64,000 nucleotides of DNA, taken from the NCBI GenBank assembly GCA_964016885.1, contig OZ024742.1, positions 300,576,001-300,640,000 of the forward strand, written 5' to 3'. Every line of letters starts with the position of its first letter. Position 1 is the first letter of the stretch. A program made the position numbers and the translations under genes. Positions 13,996 through 27,222 of this stretch are shown here, one piece after another. Origin of the DNA: Eledone cirrhosa. Taxonomy: Eukaryota. Below the pieces are notes generated by a model that was not told the DNA's origin, did not search any database, and saw only the letters and a list, made by a program, of their open reading frames with translations.

Positions 13996-14244
13996 CGGGC
14001 GTGCGTGTGTGTATGTATATGTGCGTGAGTGAGTGTATGCGTGTGCGTGTGTGTGTTTGTATCTATGTTTATATGTATATAAGTGTGTGTGTATGTGTGT
14101 GTGGGTGTGTGTGTTTTACATACCAATGCCTCGGTCAGGGTGCTTGACATGTTCCATAAAACTACAGTGCTAAACGAGACAGTACTGATTGGGATCACTA
14201 TAATATGGCACAAATAAAGAAACCAAATGTGATGTATGTATGTA

Positions 14245-14480
14245 GGTTCCCGCAACTCCTGATAGAGAAGTAGGGGCGCCATATTGACATACGGCGTTTC
14301 TTGGGTATTTTAAGCCTGGCGGAGCCCCTCCCTCTCCAGGCCTGAGTACAGCAGATTTCTTCCAGAGAAAGATAGAGAGTGAGAGAAAGGAAATGAGAAA
14401 GAGATATAGGGGAAGAATCGATCCCAGTACTGGTACTTTGTCGACCTTAAAAGGATGAATGGCAAAGTTGACCTCGGTAT
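14245..14480 (-). mobile_element. SINE A plus extension composite, copy 2
   Basis: Reverse complement of 1200-1430. Confidence 0.7.
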
Positions 14481-14739
14481 TCTACCCGACATTCTAACGA
14501 CTCTGTCAATTAGCCGCTTATACCAAATGTAATAGGCTATTTTAAATGAAAATGATGGAAATGTCAAACGATCAGAAAATCAGAAGCACTGTCGCCCCTT
14601 TCAAACATAATAATTTCAAATATTCTCACACAATATGATGAAACACGTTTTACTCTGCAGTTATGAAGAAATTAGAAAACAAGTTTAATTATATAAATTT
14701 AATTTCAGCGCGGTTTTCGAAAGCATTGTGATAATATAA

Positions 14740-14934
14740 CAGACCTGTCAACTCTCCCCGTCCGAGGGGGAGATATCCCACCCACTTTGGGATGGATGAA
14801 AGATGTTTTCTCTTGTGAAAATGGGTAGAGCTTTCATTGTGTAAAATCTCTCCATTTTGCCTCATTTCTCCCAGTTTTGGGGCACTTTCTTTCATGGTAC
14901 TACCCGTTTAGGTTTTTAGAGGTTGGCAGGTCTG
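14740..14934. mobile_element. 195-bp MITE with CAG...CTG ends
   Basis: TIR CAGACCTGTCAAC / GTTGGCAGGTCTG (12/13 match); ATATAA duplicated on both sides. Confidence 0.7.
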
Positions 14935-15194
14935 ATATAATAATTTTAAATGATTAGAAGCCCAAGCAGTGCGTATAATGAGCTAAAAAATGTAATTCTT
15001 TATACGCATTTTGGGAGTTTCTAATCATTAATAAGTTTACTGATAACTTGTGGATATCTACTTACTGGAAGAAATTGAGGAGGAGGATACATATTAAAGA
15101 TATTACCGTGTATGTCATACGATAACATTGTAAAGTTAGACAAAATAATGATTCACTTAATCAACTTTAATCAGGAGTACACATGCCAGCCATC

Positions 15195-15460
15195 TGATCT
15201 CTGAGTTCAAATCCCGCCGAGGGCAACTTTACCTTTCATCCTTTCAAGGTCGATAAAAAAAGTACCTTTCTAGTATTGGAGTCGATTCTTCCTCTCTATC
15301 TCTTTCTCATTTCCTCTCTCTCACTTTCTACCTTTCTCTGGAAGAAATCTGCTGTACTCAGACTTGGAGAGGGATGGGCTCCGCCTGGCTTAAAATGCCC
15401 AAGAAACGCCGTATGTCAATACGGCGCCCCTACGACTCTATCAGGAGTTACGGGGCCATA
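15195..15460 (+). mobile_element. SINE A plus extension composite, copy 3
   Basis: Same composite as 1200-1430. Confidence 0.7.
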
Positions 15461-15539
15461 CATGCAACCATACAATACACAGGCCTGCTCACTATTAATT
15501 CAGTTGAAAATTAGCAGGGAAAAATTGGACGAAAGAAGT

Positions 15540-16755
15540 TGTATCTGATAAGAAGTATCAGGCTGTTTTTCTTCTTCTTCGAAATTGGCTGCTTTTAGAA
15601 AAATCTGTCATATTGTCGTGTGTATGATTGAATCTTCTGCCACGAAGCAATTCAGATTAATAGAATATGTCTAAAAAAAACTCTCTTTGTTTTCGTGCTT
15701 CTCTCCCACAAGGAGAAAATGGTCCATGATTTCCTGAATCTTGGTGGTGCAGTTTTTGAGGAACTCAATCGTAAGAATTGTTTCTGGTATTACTGGTTCT
15801 ATAGAAGAGTTTTCAGGCGCATTTCTGATGCGCTGCTGAACTAACTCTTGCAGCGCTACAAAATATACAATTTTACTGAGTTATTTTTTTCCAAATCTTC
15901 TACATTGACATTTTGCATTATCTCTTAATTGGCTATTCCTGGGTCTCGAATAATCCCCCACCCCTGCTTATTAAATTTAAATAATCTATCTCCGATAAAA
16001 TTTTATTTTAAGTGGTAGCATTCCTGCGACAATTAATTTTCTTTAGACATTAAAAAACATTATACATGACAAAAAAGTACATTACTAGAAATCCCATACG
16101 TTATAAAATAAATAGGATGGGTTGGAGTCTCAATATATAAACTAAATGACAAATTCTCTTTAGTTTGTTTTTTTAAATCAGAGAGAAACTAGAAAAGTTA
16201 CCGATTTTTCAACCCCCGCCGGAGACAATTTAATCGACTTCCACCCACAGAAAAAAAAAATAATTGGCACTGTGTCGAAATAAGAAATCATAATCATCAT
16301 TATTTATTTTTGGGGGTCAAATATTTACTCTTTAACGAAGCAACATGTTGGCTGTCAACAATAGTATTGTCATAGCAGAAGATTATATTTTGTCTGCATT
16401 TTTCTAATCGTTGATGTAACAAATTTTAAAGACTTACGCACACATTCTTGACGTTTGTCAGCTTCCATCTCAACAATTGTGGTTTTATATCTAGTGTGAT
16501 GCTTTTTTTCGGCACCTTAGATGGACTTGCAGCATTTAGAATTGCTGGTCATTTTCCACTAATGATGAGTAAAAACTTGAATGAACAATTAAGGTATATT
16601 CGTGAATAGACATACGTGTGGATCCTAATTTCTTACAAATTAGTAAACAATTATTATGGTAATGCATTACTATCCCAATTAAGATATTGTCTGCCAGAAA
16701 AAAAGCGGTATATGGAACTAGTTGTAAGCAAGGTTGCGCTAAGTGGAGCATTACT
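15540..16755 (-). mobile_element. pogo/Tigger-like DNA transposon relic, internally deleted
   Basis: Minus strand ~16540-16380 translates, across frameshifts, to PSKVPKKSITLDIK...STIR..KNADKI, resembling a CENP-B/psq HTH N-terminus; Tigger-like C-terminal helix near 15850-15660. Confidence 0.5.
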
Positions 16756-17284
16756 ATATTTATATAGTATATATTTATATAGAGTCCAGAAATAGCCGTT
16801 GAAACGGCTTGAGTTCTGTCGTCGGGGTCTTGAACCTTTTCCTATTACCCACTCTACTACCCAAAGTATCGAGTACTCTGGTGCGTTATGGTCCACCTGG
16901 TTCCTTACCACACTTCCTTCGTTATATATATATAGTCGTTTGGCAAGCCACAACAGTTCAGATGGGTAAATCTCCGTGTAACAAAATCAGTTGGTATTGA
17001 GCTGAGGTGTAGGAAGTAGGAGGAAGCGTAGAAAGAGACGTAGAGAGCATAAAAGAAGGTAAGAAATATGTAAAAAGATAACAAAAGATAGAGTTGCCTT
17101 GGAAGCGATTTAATGGTCCCTATATTTCGGATTTCACATCCACGAACAGGGGAGGGGGTTCCGAGGGGAAAGAGTTGTGTAGGAGAAGGACAACACGTGA
17201 CCTTCGTTGTTTACCGTGTGCGTACAACAGGCTTCCAAAATGACTATTTTTCATATTTCACAATACTTCAAGCAAACTTTAACA

Positions 17285-17398
<114 letters not shown>

Positions 17399-17425
17399 AG
17401 AGTGTTAAAGTTTGCTTGAAGCATA

Positions 17426-17474
<49 letters not shown>

Positions 17475-17475
<1 letters not shown>

Positions 17476-17720
17476 CATATTGTTATATTTGGGGAAGGTC
17501 ATGTGGTTCTAATATTGCCAGAAAAATATAGTAAAACACACTCGCCGTCTGGTTTGGTTTTCGCTTCAGTATATTTTTATATTTCTATAAATAATTCAGC
17601 TGACAATCAATTTTTATCAATGATTGACACACAGTTAAAAATATATCCATAAATATAGTTTCTCACAGTTCTTTCGTCACACACATCTGTGACATCATCT
17701 GTGATGTTTCAATGCCCCCC
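17475..17720 (-). mobile_element. Penelope-like 3' UTR copy with mutated HHR core
   Basis: Homologous to 11345-11800 and 62210-62460; core reads CAGATGA instead of CTGATGA. Confidence 0.55.
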
Positions 17721-18039
17721 CCCCCCCCACCCTCCCGTTGTGGTCCTGTATTTTTTTCTTCTTCTATTTTATTTATTTACCTATTTATTGTTGTCTCTGC
17801 GCATACGTTTGTGTGCGCGTATAATGTTTCTGTCAATATTATAACAATATCACCCGAAATATAATAATATACAAGTTCATATCAAAAACCTTGCAAAACA
17901 AATACAATATATACATGTATATACATATATGCATATATGTATACAGACACACACATGCACACTCATACATAAACATACACACTCACTCATACAAAAACAT
18001 ACGCATACACATTCACACATAAACATAAAACCACATAGT

Positions 18040-18460
18040 TGATTTTCTGACCAGCGGTAAACCGTTACCTACACTTGAAGCTATGCCACCATTACAAAAT
18101 AAAAACAGTGATCAACTCTTATAATACACTAACCAGAGCCAATAACGGAAGGAGATAATGTAACAATACTCTGGGATTCACAGTTAGCAAAGACCAGGCA
18201 CTTCCACCGAATATACCAGATATCATCATCAAGGACAGGAACAATAATAGATGAAAATTAATTGATATTCCATCAAATATAAACATAACAGTGAAAGTAA
18301 ATACAAGATCTAGAGATAAAGCAAAAAAGGTTTGAATCATTTTACAAATAATAAGAAAGGGGTATGAGAAACATCTTAATAAGATCACAAGTGAATCATC
18401 TCTTTAATAGTATTGACTAGTACTGCATACTTACTATGAAGAGTGTCTTCAATATAAATA
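18040..18460 (+). pseudogene. R4/Dong-like LINE 3' relic (RLE domain)
   Basis: TILWD...PNIPDIIIKD...KLIDIP and a terminal TAYLL.RV motif. Confidence 0.6.
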
Positions 18461-18519
18461 TGAATTACAGTACCTGTAACTTATCCACTTAATCTAAATT
18501 ATACTTCATAACAATTATA

Positions 18520-21500
18520 AAAAATGCTAACCTGGCCATGATAGACTTAATTAACAAAAACAAAAACATTATCACAAGACTAAATAACAAAATATGCAGT
18601 AGCCACTGTTACAAAACAAAGTGGGTACTCCTTTAGATCTACGTAAACAAGAAGAAAAACCCCACACAAACATGATAATAAAAGATACAAAAATATAGAA
18701 AATAAAAGAACATACCTCGTAATCTTAAATGAAATAAGGAAGAAAACAACACAGCTAGAAAAGGGGAAAGAAATAAAACTATTTAAAAAAATATAATATA
18801 ACAAAAAAGGAAATTACTAAAACTAAGGAATACCTAAAACAACAAACATTTGTAAATGTACAAACAATCCGGAGACATGAATAACGTCAACAGCTTTTTA
18901 AAACAAAACCAGCAATTTAACTCCAAACACAAACGATTCTATTGGGATCTTAGAAGCAAAATAGAGGTAAATCTATCCCCAAAAGTAAAAGAAGTGGAAG
19001 AGTACGGGGGGGGGGGGGTTATGAACACCAGGTAAATCGTCATGTACAGGGATAGTAAATAGTAAAAACAACAACCGCAGCCCCTGAACAACTATGAGAA
19101 GTCATCACAACAGAAGAAGTGTCTAACTAAAAAAAGCAACAGCTTGTAGGCAAAAGGAACTAACAAAATCCCAAAATTCTGGTTGAAATATCTAACAGGG
19201 ACAAATGGTGTACTTGCTAAAATGGTTTAAGGAGATGATGGAGCTAGAAATGACACCCGGCTGACTAATTAAAGGGAAAATCAACCTGATCCGCAAGAAT
19301 AATGACACAGCGAACCCCCAAAACTACATATCCATAATATGCCTTCCTGCAACCTACACTGCAAGACCTTAATTGCAATATCACAGAAACAACTTGTTTC
19401 CAGAAAAGGGGTGGTATAAAGGTTTGTGTGGCTGTAAAGATCAATCATTAAAGAAAACAACAGCCATAAAAGAAAATAACAGAAAAGAAAAAAATCTCAG
19501 CATTGACAGTGTTGCCCATATGTGGATACAGAACACACTAGCCATAAGCAAAATAGCGCCAACAATAAAATAATTGTTTCTACTTTTGGCACAAGGCCAG
19601 CAATTATCCCAGTGCATTACTGGTGTTTTATTTTATCGACCCCGTAAGGATGAACAGCAAAGTTAACCTCTGCGGGATTTGAACTTAGAACATAAAGGGC
19701 CATAACTCTATGCTGCAAAGCATGGTGTCTGACGCTATAGCATATATAAAAGAAAAATGGATACATAAAAACTAAGCCCACCACAATTAATACAGGCATA
19801 TTTCAAATGGACTCCATTTCACCATTCCTTTCCTGCCTAATATTGACACCATTATCTGGTGGGGGAGTGGGCTTGGTTATAAATGCTATAGCAAGAAAAC
19901 TAACCGTCTTCTGTATATGAACGATCTAAAGTTGTACACTGCAGATGAGAGACAACTTGAAAAACTGCTGCTGAGACTACATGGATTCACAAAAGGAGTA
20001 AACATAAAATTTGGACTAGAAAAATGTGGCAATGCAACCCTAAAGAGAGAAAAACTAGTGAAAACATCTAATATTACGCTAGATAAAGAAACTGAGATAA
20101 GAGAATTAGATCAACCACGAACATACAAATACTTAGGAATCAATGAACTAGAAGGATTTTAACACGCATAGACGAAAGAAAATATTAGAAAGGAATAATA
20201 TATACATATTAGATTAGTGGTTAAGACAGAACTAGATACAAAGAATAAGGTAATTGACATCAATACTCTAGCGATCTCAGTGATAAGCTACAATTTCAAT
20301 ATCCTGAACTAGCAGGAATAGACAGAAAAACAAGGAAAATAATTGTTTCTACGTTAGGCACAAGGCCAGCAATTAGCCAGTGTATTACTGGTACTTTATT
20401 TTATCGACCCCGTAAGGATGAAAGGCAAAGTTAACCTCGGCAGGATTTGAACTCAGAATGGCAAGGGCCGTAACTCTATGCGTCAAAGCATGGCGTCCGA
20501 CCCTCTACCAATACTGCCAATCCACCGCCAAAAACAAGGAAAATAATGACTACATTTATAACACACCACCCAAAATCAGATGTAGAAAGATTACATGTAC
20601 CACAAGTAACAGGAAGGAAGGAGCCTTATGCAACTAGAAAACTAGTATAAAATAAGTATTGTATGACTACAAAAATATTTCATGAAAAATAATGGAAAGT
20701 TAATACAAATAGCCATGAAACATAACAAACCAAAATTGTTTTCTATCCTCAAGGAAGCCAACAAATTCAAAACAGAGGCTGGATTGGCATGTGATTATGA
20801 GGAAAATGAAAATACAGTAGAAACAATAACAGAAAGTGCGAAAATGATAAAATCCAAATTGAAAACATGTCCAGAATGTTATGCTAAAAAGATGGCAAGA
20901 AAAAACACTTACATGGCTAATACCCGAAAAAACTGAATAGGAAATGGACAGGCAAAATTCACAAAACTGGTTAAGACGCACTGGAATAAAAGATGAGACT
21001 TGAATGATTTCTAATAGCAGCGCAAGATCTAAGCATTCCCACCAGAAACCACTATAATTACATAGTGAAGCAAAACGCACTCGACAACTGCAGAATATAT
21101 AGTGAGGGAGAAGAAACAGTTAACCACATAATCTCTGTCTCCTCAGTCTTAGCCAAAAAGGAATATAATCACTATCATGATAGAGTTGGGATTTACATAC
21201 ACTGCAGGTTATGCCAACATTATGAAATACCAACAGAAAAATATCGTACAAACATATATCAGAAAAGGTATCAAAGTAACTATACTCTGGGATATGTCAT
21301 TACACACAGACAAGGAAATTAATGTCTACCGACCGGATAATATAGTCAAAGACCATATAGAAATAAATGTCTTCTAATTGATGTATTGTCCTCACAAATG
21401 ACAATATATTCATCAAGGAAATGGAGAAACTATCCAAATATAAAACATCTGGATATAGAAATAACCCGAATGTGGTTGATGAAAACAGAAGCAATACCTA

Positions 21501-21660
21501 AAATAATAGGTGCTCTGGGAATTATAAAAGAGAAACACAGACAGATACATAATTAACATCCTAGGACTTGCAAATACATACAGCGTATAGAAAATAGCAC
21601 TACTAGGCACTGCGCACATATTACGAAGAGTACTCTTAATAGATATAACGACACTGCTCG
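18520..21660 (+). mobile_element. degenerate R4/Dong-like LINE with two SINE insertions (~19572-19740, 20344-20529)
   Basis: YMNDLKLY (RT YxDD-like), KFGLEKC, YKYLGI, CRI..EETVNHIIS, ILWD..TDKEINVYRPD, LLGTAHILRRVL; the second SINE has the 18-bp TSD AAAAACAAGGAAAATAAT. Confidence 0.8.
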
Positions 21661-21738
21661 ATAATGCAGTAACAATATGCAATAAAAATTAAACTAATAT
21701 CAATAATAATATTAATAATGCTACTACTAATAATAATA

Positions 21739-24700
21739 CTTTCTTTATTAACCACAAGGGTTTACATAAAGTAGACATTAAGGACAGCACAGGACAATAC
21801 AGGACGGTACAAATGGGCATTTCTGCGTGTAAAAAACCAAAAACAGAGGATGTAACAAAAGAATAACAATGAAAAATTCCCCAATAGGGGGGAGACTTCC
21901 GAGGGACATTTGTGGAGAAAGCCCATTAAAAGGCCACAGTGACCCTGACCACCAGGGCAAGTGCCCTCTCCCAGTTTTCCACCTTTAATCACGATGGTCT
22001 CAGCTGATAGTCGGATCCGTTCTACACGCGACAGCAGGTGTTCGACATAAACCCACAAGTCAGCAATGCTCGGACACTGGACGAGTGCATGCAGGACGGT
22101 TTCGTCGCCCTGCGCGCATCTCGGACATGCCCGGCTGACGGCACCTCCATGCCTGTAGATTTTATCCCGAACTGGCAAAGTTCCTCGGTAGCACTGCCAG
22201 GCCAGGGATTTCTGGAAGTTGTCCATAGGCCCTGGCCCGAAAGTTCTTCCAAAGAGATTGGCTAGTTGATTTTCGTCGGCGTCTAGAGTTTCCCCAAGTA
22301 CGTCGTCGCTCTTCCCCTCCACTAATCCTCTATAGAACGCCAAAGTGGAGTTTCCACCGATCACATTGCCCGATTGGCCGAGGGCTGTGAGCGCCTGAAG
22401 ACATTCCAGTCTCCAAGCGCTCCCTCTCGGTCTTCGCTTGACCCAGGACTGCAGCTCCGTCAAGGAGATGAGCTGGGGAAAGACGCGTCTAGCAAATGGC
22501 GACCACACCTGATCACCGTCGAGGAAGAGGTGGAGATGTCGTAGCCTGAGCGCGTATCTGCACGTCATCAGCCACGGCATTCCCAGCCCTCCACGTAGCG
22601 GGTGTTGCCAGCAGATGGACCGCCTGACCATCGGAGCGCGTCCCTTCCACAAAAAGCGAAAGAGCAAACGCTCCAGCGGTCAGGCGATGCTTAGGACAAG
22701 GCACGGGGGTCAGGCGGTAGTAGATGACGGACGCGATGTACGCGTTAGCCACCTCCGTTCGACCTTTCAGGGATAGCTTCCTCTCCGCCCATTTCTGGGT
22801 GAGAGAAGCCACCGTGCTCGTCACCTCGTCCCAGTTTTTGTCCGTCTGGAGGTTCGGATCGAACCAGACCCCTAACAATTTAACTGGTCCGTCCGTCCAG
22901 CGCCCGACGACGCCGTTGGACGGCATGGATCTGCCTCTCCAGGTGCCGAGCTGCAGGCCCACCGATTTTTCCTGGTTGATCATTGCTCCTGTCACCGCTT
23001 CGTATTCTCTTAGTGTAGTGCCGATCGCCTCGATGTGTTTGGCGTTCGACACCACTACGGTGACATCGTCCGCATATGCTGACACGGATATTCCGCATCC
23101 TAGTTCGCGCGGGACGCCCCTCAACGTCTCCAGTTTGTGCAGTAATGGCTCGAGAGTCAATACGTACAAGAGGGACGAGAGGGGACATGCTTGGCGTACC
23201 GAGCGCATGATGTTGAATCGTTCCAAAAGGTGACCGTTCACTCTCACCACAGAGCAAATGTCGCTGTGCATGGCAGCGATCCAGCCTCTGAAAACGGGCC
23301 CAAAGCCAGCCGCCCTCAGGACTACTGCCAGATAACGATGGTCGACTCCATCGAAAGCTTTCGACTGATCTAAATTGATCAAGGACCCACCCGTGCCAGG
23401 TTCCCTAGCTACCCTCTCTACGATGTATCGCATGAGGTGGAGGTTGCCGTGGATGGATCTGTCGGGAATGGCGCATGTCTGCGCCTCTCCTACCAGACCA
23501 CCAACGACAAGCGCCAACCTCTTTGCTAGAACATTGGCCAAAATCTTGAACTCTGTGTTTAGAAGAGTTATGGGCTTGAAATTATCTATGTTATCCCCCT
23601 TGTTCGGATCCTTTTTCAGCAACGCCACCGCTCCTCGGCTCACAGAGCTGGGAATTCTCCCGTTCTGTTGCCAGTTGCAGTAGACGTCCGCCAAGAGGCC
23701 TCCGAACAAGTCTGGCATCTGTACGTAAAGTTCATAGAGCAGACCATCCAAACCAGGCGATTTACCCCTTGTGCAGCCATCATTGCCTCCCATACTTCAG
23801 CTGCTGTTATCGGCTTTTCGCAACACTCCGCCTCAGTGGCCGAGAGCTGCGGCAGTCCGTCGAGGTAGACACTAAAGTCCATCCCTCGACCCGGCCCGCC
23901 GCTGCTCCCGAACAGCTGAGCGAAGTGTCGCTGAAAAGCTTCACACATTTGCCCGGGATCGAGTAGCATGCGCCCGTCGTGGTCCATCAGAGACCGGATC
24001 GTGGCTTTGTTGCCACGACGCGCCTCCGCCACTCGGGCCCATTGAACGGCTTTCGTCCCCTCGTGTCTGAGAGCACGCACCCTAGCTCTGACAACGCAGC
24101 CTTCGTGCTTTGCATTGAAGAATTGGTCAAGGGCCAATTTCGCCGCAAGTACGTCGGTCGCGATGCCTTTGCTAAGCGCCTCGTTTAATTTTCTAACTAG
24201 TTCTCCCTCTGCTCTATTTTTCTCTATTGCTAAAGCCTTACTAAACCTAATGGACTCTATTCTAATCGCTCTTTTCAGAGCAAACCACCACTTGTTGTTG
24301 ACGATGGCCCCCGTCAACGCCCGCTTAACTAGTTCACTAATCCGGTCTCTGTAGGCCTTGCGCGCTGGTAAGGACGCGTTTAGCTTCCAGTAGCCGGGTC
24401 CTTGTCTATGAGGCCTATCTAAGTCAACCACACAGATCAGGAATTTGTGGTCCATGTAGCTGACTATCTTGAATTGTGGACAGCTTATGCTAGACCTATC
24501 TATTTCCCTACAAAATACTCTATCTAGATATGATCTGGATGACCCGATACGGTTTGTCCACGTCCACATTGCCACATTCGGGAAATCCAATCGGTACCTG
24601 TCAGACAGTTCAAAACGCCTGAGCAGGTTGGTGAGGCTCTTGCACCCTCCTCCCCTATCCGCTAATCCAAAAAACAGAGTCCCAGCGTGCAATGCTCGGA

Positions 24701-26097
24701 CACTGGACGAGTGCATGCAGAACGGTTTCGTCGCCCTGCGCGCATCTCGGACATGCCCGGCTGACGGCTCCCATGTCTGTAGAGTTTATCCTTAACTGGC
24801 AAAGCTCCTCGGTAGCATTTCCAGGCCAGAGATTTCTGGAAGTTGTCCATAGGCCCCGGCCCGAAAGTTCTTCCAAAGAGATTGGCTAGTTGATTTTCGT
24901 TGACGCCTAGAGTTTCCCCAAGTACGTCGTCGCTCTTCCCCTCCACTAATCCTCTATAGAACGCCAAGGTAGAGTTTCCACCGATCAGAAAACACCAACA
25001 CCCAAACAGCAGACACAATACACAGCCATAGACACAGACAACACAAAGCTTTTAAATTACATTCAACACCACACCAACATCACAGATACAAACTACGTAC
25101 AAACCACCAAAATTGCACACACACATAAAAATAATATGAATTACGCAAAAAAATTACATAACATTAAAAAAAATTTTCCCCACATCAATTGAAGACTACC
25201 GAGGGAACATCACCAAAAGAATATTTACGGATATTCTCGTGGAGAAACCAACCAATGGTCGGAGGGAGGGATCACCCACCCCCTTCCTAAAGAAGAACCA
25301 CAGGTAATTTTTTTGTACCTCTCCCCTCTCACTTGTTTTCCTCCTATCCTAGCCAACATGGCTACTCTCAGAATAGATAGCATAAATGTACGTGGCCTGG
25401 GGTCGTCTTAGAAGCAGGGGCACCTGCTGAACGATCTCAGGTCGCTAAACATAGATATGGTGGCCATCAGCGAGACGAGAATCTCCGAGGCACGGGCCTT
25501 CGCACCGATCTTCGGCGGCTACGATGTGTACGCATCTCTCAGCCGTCCTGGATCGGAGGGAGGAGTTGCTGTGATTTTTCGGAGAGGTTTGGATCTCGCC
25601 ATACGGGCCATCTTCCTGAACCCAGAAGGTAAGTTGGTGGTGCTGGACGTGACCAGCGGGGACGGGAAAGCTTTCAGGCTAGTTGCCGTCTATGCCCCAA
25701 TAGGAGGGAAACCTCCGAGGGTTATTCGTGGCGAAAACCACACAAAAGACCATGGCCACCCTGACCACCAGGGTAAGCGCCCTCTCTCAATTTTTCCATT
25801 TCTCAAACTACAGACGTATATTCAGAGCGGTCCCGTTCACTCGGACCATTCTCGCTACATTCACCCACCTTTCAACAAACTTGCTAAAAGGCAGCACTTG
25901 CCTCTCCACCCTGATTTTCCTCTTCAAGTGAAACTTGAAAAAGGTAATTAGGGATTCGCCGAAGAGGAAAGTGTCTGTCTTTAACCCTTTTAACCTTGTC
26001 CACCACACAATCTCTTTCGCCATTGCCACCAGGCAGATTAAAACCGCCTGCCCTTCCTGCGGAGCTCACGATAATACAATTTTCTACGTAGGTCGCC
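21739..26097 (-). mobile_element. rearranged Tx1/L1-like LINE mosaic between (AAT)n tracts
   Basis: RT (KSPGLDG, PITLLNT, DQSKAFD, RQACPLS, AYADDV), partial APE, CPRC..ETVLHALVQC knuckle present twice, and an inverted + strand ORF1/APE piece at ~24988-25695. Confidence 0.85.
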
Positions 26098-26158
<61 letters not shown>

Positions 26159-26159
<1 letters not shown>

Positions 26160-26900
26160 GGGAAGAAGACGCACGAGGTGACGGAGGTCATGAAATCGCT
26201 CCCGTAAGTTTTGAATTTTTAACATATTTAAATCATTTGTGAAATAACAACTCTTAGTACAAATGCTACGTAAAGCACCCGGCTTGAGCCCCAAAAAATT
26301 CGGACCCAAAATATATTGTTATAAGGCTCAAATATTCAAATATTCAACTTTGTATTGTACACTGTATATCCAAAAAAGAAAATGGCTATAAATGGAAGAA
26401 GAACCCCCCCCCCCCTCCTCCTCTGTCTACACTATATAGAACAGACAAACTCACCAGCACCAGAAACTAGATACACCACCCACCCCATCACCTGTGTACA
26501 CTAAACCACCACCGCTCACTACGGCCATCATTACAACCATTATCCCATCACCGCCGCCACCACCCCTTCACTCCTTCACTGCTACCACCGCTACAGCACC
26601 ATCACTACAGTAATACGGTCACATCACCGCCACCACTGCCTCGGTATCTACATCACCACCACCACTGTCTCAGTATCGCTACCGCCGCCAGTCTCCCACT
26701 TCTTCTTTTAGCTGGCTGCTGCCACCACATTATAGAATCCCTACTGCTAAAAAAGAGGAAGGGATCAAAATATATAGATAGACTCAAAAGAAAAAAGAAA
26801 AAAGAAACAACAAAACCAAAGCAGCACAGCAACAACAGCAAAAAACGAGAAAAACAAACAGAGAAAAACAAAAACATAAAAAAAAACAAAAAAAAACCCC
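26159..26900 (+). repeat. leader segment duplicated at ~30785-31450
   Basis: AAGGG(G)AAGAAGACGCACG...TCATGAAATCG.TCCCGTAAGTTTT follows an (AAT)n tract at both places. Confidence 0.7.
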
Positions 26901-27222
26901 CAAAAAACGTAAAGAAAATAAGAATGAAGAGAGAAGCAGGCGGACGGACAGAGAAGAGGGGGGAAAAACTAAAACTTAAAAAACAAAAACTAAGTCAGAC
27001 ATTCGAACACTACATTACAATGAAACTTATGCTTATTCATTTTTGGGGCCCTTTCTGCCTGTGTGTTTGTTTGTTTATGTGTGTTCGTATACAGCGTGGT
27101 GATAATGCCACACAAGAGCCAAGTGGAATGGCGGATCCACAGATGGATATGTAACCATACATTCGCCAATCCTCGATAAGAGTGTTTAAATATCGAACAT
27201 AAACAGTTCGAATAACGGTGAA

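Noticed and set aside
15660-15858. Possible host exon on the minus strand after TTTTGTAG
   Set aside because: Better explained as the C-terminal part of the pogo/Tigger-like relic; no other exons found
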